A DNA stretch of 64,000 nucleotides from Lama glama. Lineage: Eukaryota. Under the pieces are notes generated by a model. It made no database searches and was not told where the DNA came from. It saw only the letters and a list, made by a program, of their open reading frames with translations. Both the position numbers and the translations under genes were made by a program. Positions 50,176 through 62,995 of this stretch are shown piece after piece (position 1 is the first letter of the stretch; each line of letters starts with the position of its first letter). The stretch lies in contig CM052816.1 in the NCBI GenBank assembly GCA_028534125.1, forward strand, positions 11,906,001 to 11,970,000, in the 5' to 3' direction.

Positions 50176-51389
50176 ACAGTCACTAGATTCCACCTTCTTC
50201 TGCAAACTTCCTACAAGTTACTCTGTGCTCACCTGTTGTTGATGAGATTGTCTTTCCCTTGCCTTGAATAGTTAGTTAACACAGAAATAAGATTATCTAA
50301 TACAGAATAAACTTCAAAAGATTTATACCTGTCTTGTAGACTTTGAACAGAAGAGGATGGTCATTTTAAGAAGGACGGAAAAAATAAGTGCCAATGCAGC
50401 CAACATTGTCCCCTCCTAAGCCATCCATGACATTATTCAATTTACTATACAATGATTTCCTTCCTAATATTCTTTTTCATCAAAACACTTTTTAATTTAA
50501 ATATTTCATTGTGAATAATGTTAATATAATTATTTTGAAAGATTTTTAGAGGGGGACACAGTTGACAGATTTGGAAAGTATCTTTTTATAGACCAGATTA
50601 TTGCCAGTGAATACTAAAACAGATAAATTACTGGATACTTGATGAAAATCTGTAGCTATCAGAATCTGTGTCTAGAAGACTTAAACTCAAGATCACCCAC
50701 TGCAGTGTAAAATCGTCAACTCTCATTGGTCTCTTTGGGCAGGAAAAATCCTTGTAAAACAGATTGCCGCAAATTGAATTTGGAGATATCCCTGAGCAGA
50801 GAGCCCTGTGATTACACTGTTTTAATAGAAAGTAGTTAATTGTTAATAGAAAAATTACCAAGAAAATTTACTATAGGATCTTAATTTCTTCTCACTTAAA
50901 ATATGTTGTACAAAGGATGCAGTTTGGTTTGAGGTGGGAAGTTGTCTGGGTGTCCTCAAAACCCAGTACCAGTTTAGCGCCCAGCTTAGGTATCTCACAA
51001 CTCCCACCACATGGCATTCACTTACATATCCTGGCTGCCCACTAGACTCGCAAAATTCCATCGCAGTCATATGAGACGGCGCTCACTGAAACGCAATATG
51101 CCAACCAGTTCAACCTTGTAAACATTTTCCCGCTGAATCGGACCTCGTATTGATTTCCTCTCACAACAAGTGTTTCTTTTAAATAGAATTCTATTAGTTT
51201 TCATTAAAAAAAAAAAGCAGCAAGCCAAGTGGATGAAATGGGGTGAGGGAGAAGACGGGCTTATGACATTTGGTATCTGTTGACACTTCCTAAATGAATG
51301 CTCTGGGTTGCATCTCTAGCTGATGGTTGCGTCTAAAGGAAGGTACTAGTTATTAGAATAGTAGCAGTAGCCAGTCAGAATTTACAGAT

Positions 51390-51615
51390 AAAACTTCTTT
51401 GGGTATAGAATGTGGAACAGTATGATATGTCTGGGAATCCAGGACCAAAAGAATTTTGGTTGTGTTGAAACACAGGGAATGTTAGTGAAAGGGGAGGCTT
51501 TGAGAGTGTGAAGGCCAGGTCGTGAAAGGTCTGGATCCACTCTAAAGAACTTGGACTTTACCCAACTACAGTGGGGAACTGCTGAGGGCATTAAGCAGAG
51601 AAATTATCCAAACAT
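51390..51615 (-). mobile_element. L2 LINE fragment
   Basis: ggccaggtcgtgaaaggtct...aagaacttggactttacc...cagtggggaactgctgagggcattaagcag. Confidence 0.65.
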
Positions 51616-52469
51616 GATAAAACTGTGAGCCAAAGCTTTGCTATCATCAGGCCTACAGCAGCATGGGATGTGGAAACGCATCACTCCATTCTGGACCGAT
51701 GTGTTATTTAACTAAAGGACTAGGGGATTCTCACCCCTAAAACCCTGATACCAGGCTTGGCACATGGAGACGGCTGTGCTGGTTGACGCTGAGAATGCTT
51801 GGCTGCAGTGGGGTCTCCCAGTGGAGTGCTGTTCCTTTTTCCAGGGAGCACAGAGCCAATAGAAATCAGCTGAAATCAGGTCAAGTTATCATCAGTGAGC
51901 TAAAATCACAAGACTGGCTAATCAACTGTTGTCAAGAGAAAATCCTAAGTCAAACATATGGAAAATGAGGCTTATGAGTCATAGCACCAGCTTGGCTTCA
52001 GCCCTCAGGCGAATGGAACTAAATCAGTAAAAATTTGCTCAGTAGAAACATGACTTGTTCTAATTCTGTCTAAGGCCCCTCAGTTCTAGAGGTGGGGCGC
52101 CCTCCACAGACCTGAAGAGAAGAGAACAACTTTTTCTCCTCCCCTTGAGTCACACTTCAGGAAGGTAGGGACAATTTCTGTCATCTACACAGCTGAGTCC
52201 CTACTGAATAGCACAGAATCAGGCATCCAACAGATGTTTGTGGAAGGAATGAATAAGGGAGTGAGAACTAAATGCAACAGTACATCGTGAAAATGCTTGG
52301 TAAGCCGCAGAATGCTGTATGTGTGATGGTATTACAATGCTTCACATTTTAAGTTCCCTAAAAATCCAGATTCACATCAGAAGTACGTTTGCACATGAAA
52401 GATTTCCAATCACTTTTTCCCTAACACCAAAAAACCCCCAGCTAATTGTCACTTATCATTTGTTAGACC

Positions 52470-52655
52470 CTCGTGTGCATATTTTCCTTGCCTTCCTTGT
52501 AACCATTCTAAGAAGTAGGAAGTACTATTAGCCCAACTTATAGATGAAGGAGTCTAGCCTGAGGTAGTTTAAGTAAATTCTGTAAGACAACACTGCAGTA
52601 AGTGGTGGCATCAAGACTCATTCCCAGGTCTGTCTGCCTCCAAAGTCCATAATCC
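52470..52655 (-). mobile_element. MIR SINE
   Basis: ttatagatgaagga...ttaagtaa...agtaagtggtgg...cccaggtctgtctgcctccaaagtccat. Confidence 0.8.
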
Positions 52656-54354
52656 ATTCTGCTTCTCAGATGAAAGCTTTAGACTTTCTTTTTATTCTAA
52701 AACATATTGCAGTTTAAAAAAAAAATCCAACACCAAGCTGTCAGGTCCTATTGAATGAGTCAACTTGGTGAAAATGAAATTATTGAATTAAATAGGGCAT
52801 CATATTTAATTCAGTAGATGTCTTTTCAACCCCCAAATGCTGTAGTTCTATTAATACTGTTTCTTTCTAAGGGCACAGTTTATTTGGCTTCATCTACATA
52901 AAATCAATATGAGAGAAAAGGATGGGTTTTTCATTCACAGACCTGGGTTTCAATTATTTCTTTGGAGGCCCTTCCACTTTCAATCTGTTACTTTTCATTT
53001 GTAAAGCGTAAAATTCTTAAACAATCATTGTTCTCTAGAAGATGGTAGTTTGTTATTTATGCAATCATTTAATATAGTTTTGATGTTTTTAGAAGTTGGA
53101 GGCATTATCCTAAGAAGAAAAATGTGAAAAATTCTGCCTAAAGGTCTAAGAAAAGTATCATCTTATTACAGTGAAGTCTACCTAAAGTAGTTCAAGTCAA
53201 GCAAAAGGGAAGTTTATTATAAGTAAATGGGGGAAATTCAGGGATGCCTTTTGCCAGAATTAATGTTTGATTCAGCCGTTTACTGTCTCTTTGCTTCTAT
53301 ACTTTTCTCTCTCCCTCTCTTTCTTTCTTTTTTTTTTTTATTCCTCTCCTGCCTTCTCCTTTCCTCTCCTCTTTTATCTCAACTCATCCCCTTACTTACA
53401 GCCAGCTAGGGCTGCTTGAAGCAGGGAAGCCCCAGCTCCTGAACCTGCCTCCCCCAAACTAACTTAGTGTTGGAAATACTATTTCAAAACCGTAGGAGAG
53501 TTAATTTAGTCAAGGATCCACTCTGTTCCCATCACTGTGGCGAGGGCGACTGGGTTCCTCTGCCATACTGCATGTGATATTGGCTGGCATACACCAGCTC
53601 TCTGAGAAAGGGCCATGGGCCAAGAGAAAGTAACTGGCTCCTCTAACAGAAGAGGATGGCTCTTCTGGAAATACAGCACAAATGGGAACATGATTAAAAG
53701 AGTGGTTAGCAACTGCGTGAAAGGAACATCTGAGAACATCACATCCATTTATGCATCGAAAAAGACTGAATCTAAAATTTCAACTTCAAAAAGAAAGTTA
53801 ATCTGTCTAAAATACCAAGTCCATATAAGTTCATGAAGAGCCAATGCATGTTATCCTTTCAATACTTTTTTTTTTAGTGTAGGTTACAAGTACATTATCC
53901 CCAATATTTCTGTGACTAATTAGAATACTAGTTCCTAAATTAATTTGGCTTATTTGATTGTTTTACAAAAATATTGGAAGGAATTATTGTCTGAAAATAC
54001 AAGTGCTATATAAGTATTTGAAATTTATAATTGGTGTGGCCTTTTATCACATAGCCTGACTTAAAGTTCATTTCATCAGAGTAGTTCAATCAAACCTTTG
54101 ATAAGCTACTGAAGTCTGCTTACTTTTTAGCATCCAAACACATCATCAAGAGAAATAAGAGCTCATCCAACTATTGTCATTAAATATTAGTCTTCTTTTA
54201 TCCCTTAGAAGCTCTGTGCTCCACTTCCTTCATCTGTCAATAAAGATCCATCCATCTGAAAAAAAAACTTATTTTGAATACCTACTAGGTGCAAAGTATG
54301 GCACTAGGTTCTGAGGGGGTGTGCCTGGCTTGAATATTTGCTAAGGGATTTCTT

Positions 54355-54425
54355 TTTCTCTTTTTAAATTAAAATATAGTCAATTTACTGCATTGTATTA
54401 ATTTCTGGTGAACACCATAGTGATT

Positions 54426-54472
<47 letters not shown>

Positions 54473-55125
54473 CTTTACATATTTTTCAGTATAGGCCATT
54501 ACAAAGTATCGACTATAGTTCCCTGTGCTACACAGTAGGATCTAATTGTTTATCTATTTTACATATAGTAGTTAGTAAATGCAAAGACAGAAACCCCATT
54601 ATATCCCTCCCCACCCCCTTTCTTCCCTAGTAACCATAAGTATATTTTCTATGTCTGTGAGTCTGTCTTTGTTTTGTAAATAAGTTCATTTGTGTCTTTT
54701 TTTTTTTTTTAGATTCCACATATGAGTGATATCATATGGTATTTTTCTTTCTCTTTCTGGCTTGCTTCACTAAGTATGATATTCTCTAGGTCCACCCATG
54801 TTGCTGCAAATGGCATTATTGTTTATTATTTTTATGGCTGAGTAGTATTGTATTGAATATATATACCACAGCTTCTTTATCCAGTCATCTGTCAAAAGAC
54901 ATGCAGGTTGTTTCCATGTCTTAGCTATTGTAAACAGTGCTTCTAAGAACATTGTGGGCGGTTGTGTGTATCTTTTCAAATTAGAGTTTCCTCCAGATAT
55001 ATTCCCAGGAGTGGGATTGCTGGATCATAGGTTAGTTCTATTTTAGTTTTTTGAGGAATCTCCATACTGTTCTCCATAGTGGCTGCACCAAACTACATTC
55101 CCACCAAGAGTGTAGGAGGGTTCCT
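54355..55125 (-). mobile_element. Camelid-type L1 3' end, 5'-truncated, with 13-bp TSD
   Basis: ORF2 C-terminal peptide MFLEALFTIAKTWKQP...WIKKLWYIY; TSD taagggatttctt at 54342-54354 and 55126-55138; TC/AAGA endonuclease-like site. Confidence 0.95.
54429..54471. repeat. (AT)~21 microsatellite inside the L1 3'UTR
   Basis: Read directly. Confidence 0.97.
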
Positions 55126-56814
55126 TAAGGGATTTCTTGAGGATCAAAGGAGCTAAAAGATAGAATGAATTAGAAAAGAATAAATTGTAATACTCGCACA
55201 CAACATTGTTGTTTTCTTTTGGGGGGGATCCTATAGAGTATCCAAGGAAATACAGAAGTCTTTCAATCTTCTGGGCAACTGAAAATGGAAAGCTGCCACA
55301 GGAAGAACCAACTGCACAAATAGTGATTAATATGAAATGGCTAATTAGACTGACGCCCTGGAGGAAGTACCGAAAGCTGAGAGACGGAGAGGTGCATGTT
55401 GCTCTGTTTGTTCTGGCAAAATGAAAGCCCTCTCCCGTTTACATTTCTTATTAATATGCTACACAGACTATCGACAGATCCTGTTTTATTCTGTTTGCAG
55501 GGCTTTAAGAAGGTGACTCAGGGGCGCCTAATGAAGAATGACAAGCACCTAATATCAGTCAAATGTTTCATTATTCCTTTTACATTAATCTCTCCTTCTG
55601 CAAAGATTAGTCAAAGCGCTTAACTGGAGAAACTAGGAGGAAATACGGACAGCACGGAGATCAAATTAATCCTGGCCTTCTGAACACAAGTAAAGAATTT
55701 GGCTGAGTTTTGAAAAGACTAGTAGAACCAGATTCTATTTGAACGAGAGCAATGTAACCACCACCCAAAGCAGAATAGTCTGTGCATTTGGGCATCTATG
55801 GTTTTAACTGAACTCACGAAGAACTGATTGTTTTACAGTTTTACAATGAATCTTAAGTCTGAAGTGGCAAATAAAAAGTCCTGCACCTTCAGGCTGTATT
55901 TCAAACTCAGCTCCCCCCGTCACTTTTAAAATAAGTTTTCCACAATATTTCTAGAAACATCTCTCAAACACAGGACAAAACGTTCTTTGCTCCTCCTCTG
56001 AGTCCCTCTGTCAGAGAAGTCCAGGGAGCTGTTTCAAGCGTGGACCACATAGGCAGCTTCCTGAGAGCTGGGAGGAGAGGTGGAATAGAGTGGACTCAAT
56101 TTAACCATCCGAACCAGAGAAAGAAACTGGTTTCTCCTGTAAACTTGACCCTGTTCCTTTCACGCAACTAACCAGCCATCTTCTGCCTAAATTGGCAAAG
56201 AGTGCTAAGTAGGAAGAATGCTGTTATCACAAGCTGTTCGGTGAGCTCTTGCTATTTGCTGAACGCTGAAGTACAGGGCTTTACATTAATGATTTGATTT
56301 AGCCTTCAAATGGCATCAGTGTATTTTTATTTTACAGATTAAGAGATTGAGCCTTTGTGCAGAAATCCTGGATGCTTAAGTAAAATGTGATACTCCTATA
56401 GAAAAGTAAGTCCTTTGGGGACAGATGATAAAGATTCCAGTAGCAAGACATCCCTCCTAATAAAGCTCCTTTATCCTCCCTGAACCTACCCTGTAAAATG
56501 AATCTGGATATTTGTGGCATTGCGCCGGGAGAAGGATGTAATGGGGAGGAGGGATTGGGGAATTACAATTTTGGAGAAAACAAAATCTTTATAAAGTCAG
56601 CCATCTCTCTCCCAACACTGTAACTTACATTCAAAGCATGGGCTTTATTATGCAACCAACACAATCTTCTATGTTTCCACTTGTCAAGTGATCCGCTGTA
56701 ACTGTTACTAGTCAGGACCAAGCGGCCAACATTACAGGAGGGGGAAGAATACCCCCCCCCACCGCCGCACAACTTTTACAACCAGATAGTGTGACTCCAG
56801 AATGGAGTTTCTGA

Positions 56815-56985
56815 ACCCTTGCCATGTAAACTGGGGTCCAGGGATTAGTGGCATTGTCATCACCTAGGAATTTTCTAGAAATGATGAATTTCAAACCCTA
56901 CTCCAGGCCTACTGAGTCATAATCTGCATTGTAACAAGATACCACATAATTAGGACGCACATAAGAGTTCAGTGGCATTGCTTTA
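56815..56985 (+). mobile_element. MER5A1-like hAT-Charlie element
   Basis: catcacctaggaattttctagaaatg...ccaggcctactgagtcataatctgcattgtaacaagat. Confidence 0.75.
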
Positions 56986-56994
56986 CACCATTAT

Positions 56995-57146
56995 TTCACT
57001 GGTGTTCAATCCTGGCTGGGTATCAAAATCAGTTTGGAGTTTCGTAAACCTATAGTCTTGCCAACCTCACTGCACATCTCTGGGGTGAGACTGGGGACAC
57101 ACAGGTTTGCCCAGCTCCATTGGAGATTCTGGTACTCAGCCACAGG
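56995..57146 (+). mobile_element. MER5B-like hAT-Charlie element
   Basis: ggtgttcaatcctggctg...atcaaaatca...tctggggtgagactggg...agctcc...gattctggtactcagcc. Confidence 0.6.
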
Positions 57147-58464
57147 TCATTCTGACTTCAGCCTTTGAGATTTTCTACGCAGGTTAACAGAGATACAGCC
57201 AAGAGTGGGAAAATACCTCTCAAAGGCTGCGATCACTCTCTGGGCAGAGTTTCAGATGGCAACGGCAGAAAGTCTTGTATTCTCTCCTGAGCCTTTAATT
57301 ACTCCTGTGAATTTTGAAGATGCCTAACCCTTTCCAAAGCCACCCCGCTGCTGCCTGTGTCATATTCTCCCTCTTCTTCCAAACTCTTATCTATTCACCT
57401 CCATTCACCATGAGAAGGAAGCAGCAACATAGAGTGTAGGTAAGAATGAGCAGTTCTTTCTTTTTTTGTCCTCAGTTCTGCTTCTGGGGAAGGAATGGAG
57501 CCAACAGAGACCGGAAAAACATTCTCTCCTGTCATCCTTTATGCATCTTTAAGGCTGCTTCCTGCTTTTTTCTCAGTAACCAAAAAAGGTCTAGACCTTT
57601 TGCCTTTTATGTGCCCTGCCTTTATTGATCTTATTATGTTTATTAATAATGTTTCTGACCCAGAACATATTTTGGGAAAGTGAACACTTCAGAAACGGGT
57701 TATTCAGCATTTAAACCCTTCTACTCTCTCCAAGGCAGTAGAGCTAAGACGTCTTTGTTGAAATAACCATGTTTTACATTAATTTATAAATCTACATCTG
57801 AGCCTACGAACAGGCTTCTTCAGTCGCAGTGGGGTGTGTGTTTGTATTTGTGTGTCTAGCCATCTGTGAACACTTGGTGTGGAATCTCCTTTCCCAGAAC
57901 GACTCTTTAAGGCTCTTCTTACTGGCTCTCCTAAAGAACAGGGAGAAAGCACTTAGAAGAGTGAGTAGTCGTGATGTTTCGCTTTGGCAACCATCCTTTC
58001 AATATTTTGCTTTTCTCCTACCTTTAAAAAATTAATCTCCCGGCAATGTTTATATTAATAGCTATCATTTTAATAATGTTTATTTTTCTTGGCACCGTGT
58101 GTTTCAGGGCCTCTGGGTGCCTGAGCAAAATCTACTAAACAAGTGACACAATTAACCAAATAAGACAATAAGCCCAAATAAACATGCATAAGCCTAGAAG
58201 AGAGAATAAAGTAACACAGGCACACGTGCTCCTGACTTGCCCCTAACCATGCAGGCCTGAGGCAGGGGCACTGCGGGGATGCGGCCGTGCACCTGAGCAC
58301 GGTGCTCTGCAGGCTGTTGGGCAGAGATGCCATCAGACAGACCTTCATTGGAGGAGTGTACCTGTTCTCTTCCTAGGGCAGTTTGTTTCAATAAGCAGAC
58401 TTCTTCAGTAAACACAAAGGTACCAGTTAGACATTTGTAATGTTTGGGTGGATTTGAGATTATG

Positions 58465-58630
58465 TCAGTGCTAAGTTCCAGTTCCAACACTGTCACTCTC
58501 CATCTTACCTGAGATTCATGATTTTTTTATCATCTGTAAAGTGGTGCCTGTATCATTAGGATTGCTGTGAGAAATTAATGGCATCATTCATGAAGTGTTA
58601 TGTCCAGTAACGGTGCTATGGATATTAGCT
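58465..58630 (+). mobile_element. MIR SINE
   Basis: aagttccagttccaac...catctgtaaagtgg...taggattgctgtgagaaattaatg. Confidence 0.65.
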
Positions 58631-59754
58631 CTGATCAGTAGTGCCACTCTTTTTGTTACTGTCATCTGACGTGACAGCAAAATTTCTGGGGGGTCTGATG
58701 TCATGGACCCGTTTGGGAGCCATGTCAGTCTGATGAGGATGAGCAGGGGGCACTGTGGGTGGAAAGGAAGTGAAACGATGTGTCAAGAATTTTAGAATTG
58801 GATGGATTAGCTGGGATATTTATGGAAGGCTGATAGACCCACACATACAGCAAGAACCTAAATTACAGTTGAGAAAACATGCACACTACTCAACATTGAG
58901 ACTATTTTTAATAATGGACAGCCAGGGTTGTAGGATGTCTAATTTCTTTTCAAATTTATTTTTATATGCTATGATATACCACCTTCCACTGTGTCCCACA
59001 TGTAAAAAAAATTTCATCCACTCAGCCAACAATGATTAGGGCTGCAAGGATTATAGTCTAGTGGAAGGAAAGCTTATAGAAGCAAAACCTAGACGAGCAA
59101 TAGAAACTAGCAGAACTGGTGAGGTAGGAATATTTTAAATAACTTTCAGATGGTCCCTTTCAACTCATCCAACCCTACTCTTCCAGTCTTAATGGCTCTC
59201 TCCTATATCCCACTCACTTTCCCCTAAATTCTAGCCTTAGAGTGATGTGGCTTTCAAAGCCTACCTGGACCCCAGGCCTGTCCTCAGTACTACTGGGCAC
59301 TCTTTTCTTCAAACAGATCCACTAGCTATTTTAGAAGAATTCTCCTACTCTCAGGTGAAATTGCTTTTGCATATATTTCTAGATTTGTTTCTAGCCTCCT
59401 TTCGGGTATCTGACTCTCAATTATGGAAATCACTTGCTCATACCTTTCTTCTTATGGTAAGTGTTTCATAAGTATCTTAATAAGGCAGGCACAGTACTAG
59501 ACTCTGGGGAAGCAGCAGTGAGCCTGACTGTCATGGTCCTTGTCCTGTAGGTGAGCTGGATTTACAGGGTGATGACTGCAGCCAGGGCAGCAATCATCCC
59601 CTCGGTGCCTCCATGTCCTCACAAAGGGAACGGGGATGCAGGGTTAGAATCATGATTCTTTAACCACAGCAGGGTATCCTAACAGCTCTCAGTGGGTGTG
59701 GCGTATACCCACCAATTCTCCGAGCCATTCTTTTTTCTACTGGTATGCTTCATA

Positions 59755-59955
59755 CTTAGGTGTAGTGAGAACACTACTAATCTAGGAGTCAGAACTCTTG
59801 GGCTCTGTTTTGTGATGTCCTGGCTGTGTGACCTTAGCTGAGTCAGCTGTGAGCTTTGGTTTTTACACTGGTTGAGGAAGAACAATAATACCTGGTGGCA
59901 CATTTCCAAAGGCTGATGTTAAAAAAACTAGTAAGTGTGCAAAATGTAATGCATC
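59755..59955 (+). mobile_element. MIR SINE
   Basis: gtgtagtgagaacac...ggagtcagaactcttgggctct...ggctgtgtgacctt. Confidence 0.65.
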
Positions 59956-61129
59956 TTTGTTCCCAAACTTAGAAGTGCAAAGGTATTGAAAACATTTACT
60001 TGAATTTGAATTGAATTCATGAATTGAATTCATCCTAGTGGTGCTGGTAGAAAATTCTGTCTCAGTTGTTTTGAATGTTCCTCCTCGCTCTAGTCGTACC
60101 AAGGTGTTGCTGCATCACCGGAGCATGGGGAAGACTTCTTGGGCCACTGACCCATTCACTCCGGTTAATACTGAGATGTACCCACTGCCCTTACTCACAT
60201 GCTCCTTGTTCCCCTGACTCACTGGGGACATGGGGATGCTTTCCAAGGTCTGGGATCCTATGCCAGGCAATAGCCTCCCTCGGTGCCTATGCTGACCTGC
60301 CCATCCGTCCCCAAGCACCTGCTGCTTCCCGGTGAGGGTGATAGACTTTTCTTCCCACCTCCTCTGGAACACCCAACATACCTTTTAGTATTCTGAGAAC
60401 TTTGACCCAAAATAGGAAGATCTAGTGCCCTCGAGCAGCTTTTGCTTTGCTTTCTACCCTGTAAAACTGGCTTGAGGCAAGGGAATCAGAAAATACACAG
60501 GGCCTGGCTACAGGTACAGAAGACAAAGAAGGAACAAATAGGGGGGACTAACCCAAACTCACCTATTAATACATTATGCTGTCAAAGGGCATTTAAAATA
60601 CATAAACTCTGATCCACACGTGAGGATACGTGGTTGGAATGCACACTGAGTCAGAGGCACCTTTATGGAGCGTTGGGTAACTAACCAGAAAAGAGGCGCG
60701 TCTCCCACCGCTCTCAGATGCTGCTCTTTCACGGCTGTGGTTCATGCCACAGTCACTGCATGCCGGATTTCAGCTTTGAAGAGGCCTCCAGAGTCGGTAC
60801 AGATCACTGAGTCTTTGATTAAACTCTGCTAAGGCCTAATAGTCTGGAATGTTTCATTATTTTCTTGGCAGGACTTGTGTGTTATTTTTTAGCAGCTGCA
60901 GAAAGCAAACATTGGGAAAAGGCGTGTGCCGGTGTTTGGGGACCCACAAACAAGGGGCCCACTGCGGTGCCTTTTAAAAGGACGTGTTCATTAGGTGTGG
61001 GAGTCTGAGTTCTACTTCCCTCCTGCTTACACTCACCCACCAAATATCCACCAAAATGGGCATTTGATGGTAAGAATAACTTCCACTAATGCAGCTCTCA
61101 CCCTGTGACACGCCTTTGTGCCTAGAACT

Positions 61130-61408
61130 TACAGAGACACACAAAAATTTAGAGAAAGACACATGAAGACAGAGGCAGATATTAGAGATGTGTCTACAAT
61201 TCAGAGAACACTCAGATTGGCAGACAGCTGCCAAAAGCTAGGCAAGCGGCATGGGATGGATTTTCATTCAGAACCTCCAGAAAGAACCAATCTTGTCAAT
61301 GCCTCCATTAAGGACTTCTGACTTCTAGAACTGTGAGAGAAGAAATTTCTGTTGTTTTAAGCCACTCAATTTGTGCTAATTTGTTACAGCAGCCCTAGGA
61401 AACTAATA
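61130..61408 (+). mobile_element. MLT1B/C-like MaLR LTR, 3' part
   Basis: catgaagacagaggcagatatt...aagctagg...ggacttctgacttctagaactgtgagagaagaaatttctgttgttttaagccac...tttgttacagcagccctaggaaactaata. Confidence 0.9.
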
Positions 61409-61411
61409 AAA

Positions 61412-61600
61412 CCGTTTAATCCTGACAGTAACCCTGTGATAAGTAATGTTATCCCCATTTTACCAAAAAGGAGATTAAAGAGAACAGTGGTTAAGTAGCT
61501 TGTCGGCACCACACAAATTTCCCGTGCATAGCTGGAATTCAAACTCCAGGTTGAAGCCGAGCTCATCTCCATTCTGAAGCCCACACACTTAACCCTTTCA
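61412..61600 (-). mobile_element. MIR SINE
   Basis: tttaatcctgacagtaaccctgtga...ttatccccattttac...ggttaagtagcttg...ggaattcaaactcc. Confidence 0.8.
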
Positions 61601-61725
61601 CCAAAGCACTTCCTAGAATACGCTAGGAAATATTTCTTTATCCCGAAGAGCCACTAAAAATAAATAATGCAGTCCATTTTTTGGAGACACATTCAACAGA
61701 AGCGAAAACCAAATCTAATTCCTAC

Positions 61726-62151
61726 CTTTTGAAAAATTAATGAAATACAGTTGATTTACAGTATTAGTTTCAGGTAAACAGCACAGTGATTCATTATTTT
61801 TACAGATGAGACTCCATTAAAAGTTGTTAGAAAACAGTGGCTGTAATTCCCTGTGCTATACTATACATGCTTCTTGCCTGTTTTATACAAGTAGTTTGTA
61901 TCTCTTAATCCTATACTTCTAATGTGCCCCCTTCCCACTTCCCTCTCTTTGCTAACCACTAGTTTAAGTATCTGTGAGTCTGTTTTATACATTCATTTGA
62001 TTAATCTGCATTATTTTTAAGATTCCACATATATAGTATATGTCTTTGACTCATTTCACTAAGCATAATATTCTCTAGGTCCATCCCCTTTGCTACAAAT
62101 GACAAATCATCATTCTTTTTTATGTCAGAGTAACATTCCACTGTGTGTGTG

Positions 62152-62191
<40 letters not shown>

Positions 62192-62995
62192 TATACCACA
62201 TCTTTATCCATTCATCTGTAGGTGGATACTTGGGCTGCACTGTTATAATCTTGGCAGTTGTAACAGTGTTGCTGTGAACATTGGGATGCATGTATCTCTT
62301 CAAATTAGTGTTTTCATTTTTTATGGCTATATACCCAGGAGTAGAATTGCTGGATCATACGGTAGTTCTATTTGTTTTTTGTTTGTTTTTTGAGGAATCC
62401 CTGTAATGTCCTCCATAACAGCTACACCATGTTACATTTTCACAGTGTATAACAGTTCCCTTTCCTCTGCATCCTTGCCAACATTTGTTATTGGTACATT
62501 TTTGATGATAGCCATTTTGACAGGTGTGAGGTGATATCTTGTCATGGTTTTGATTTGCATTTCTCTGATAATTAGCGACGCTGAGGACCTTTTCGTGTGC
62601 CTATTAGCCATTTGTATGTCTTGTTTAGAAAAATGTCTATTCAGGTTTTCTCCCCATTTTTGATGCTGTTTATTTTTTTGATATTGAGTTGTATGAGCTA
62701 TTTATATATTTTGGATATTAACCCTCTGGTCATATTGTTTGCAATGTTTTCTTTCATTTGGTAGATTGTCTTTCGTTTTGTTGATGGTTTCCTTTGCTGT
62801 GTAAAAGCTTTTAAGTTTAATTAGGTCGCATTTGTTTATATTTGATTTTCTTCCTTTTGCCTTAGGCGACAGATCTAGAAAAATATTGCTACAATTTATG
62901 TAAAAGTGCCTGTTTTCTTTTAGGAGTTTTATGGTTTCATGTCCTACATTTAGGTCTTCAACCATTTTGAGTTTATGTTTCTATATGGTATGAGG
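61726..62995 (-). mobile_element. L1 3'UTR plus ORF2 3' part (same subfamily as the 33.8 kb L1)
   Basis: Colinear with 33810-35072; peptides HETIKLLKEN and KCDLIKLKSFYTAKETINK; contains (AC)n at 62155-62187. Confidence 0.95.

Noticed and set aside
58255..58315. GC-rich hairpin ccgtgc-acctga-gcacgg with flanking pairing
   Set aside because: Stem is short and expected by chance in GC-rich sequence; no ncRNA family recognised
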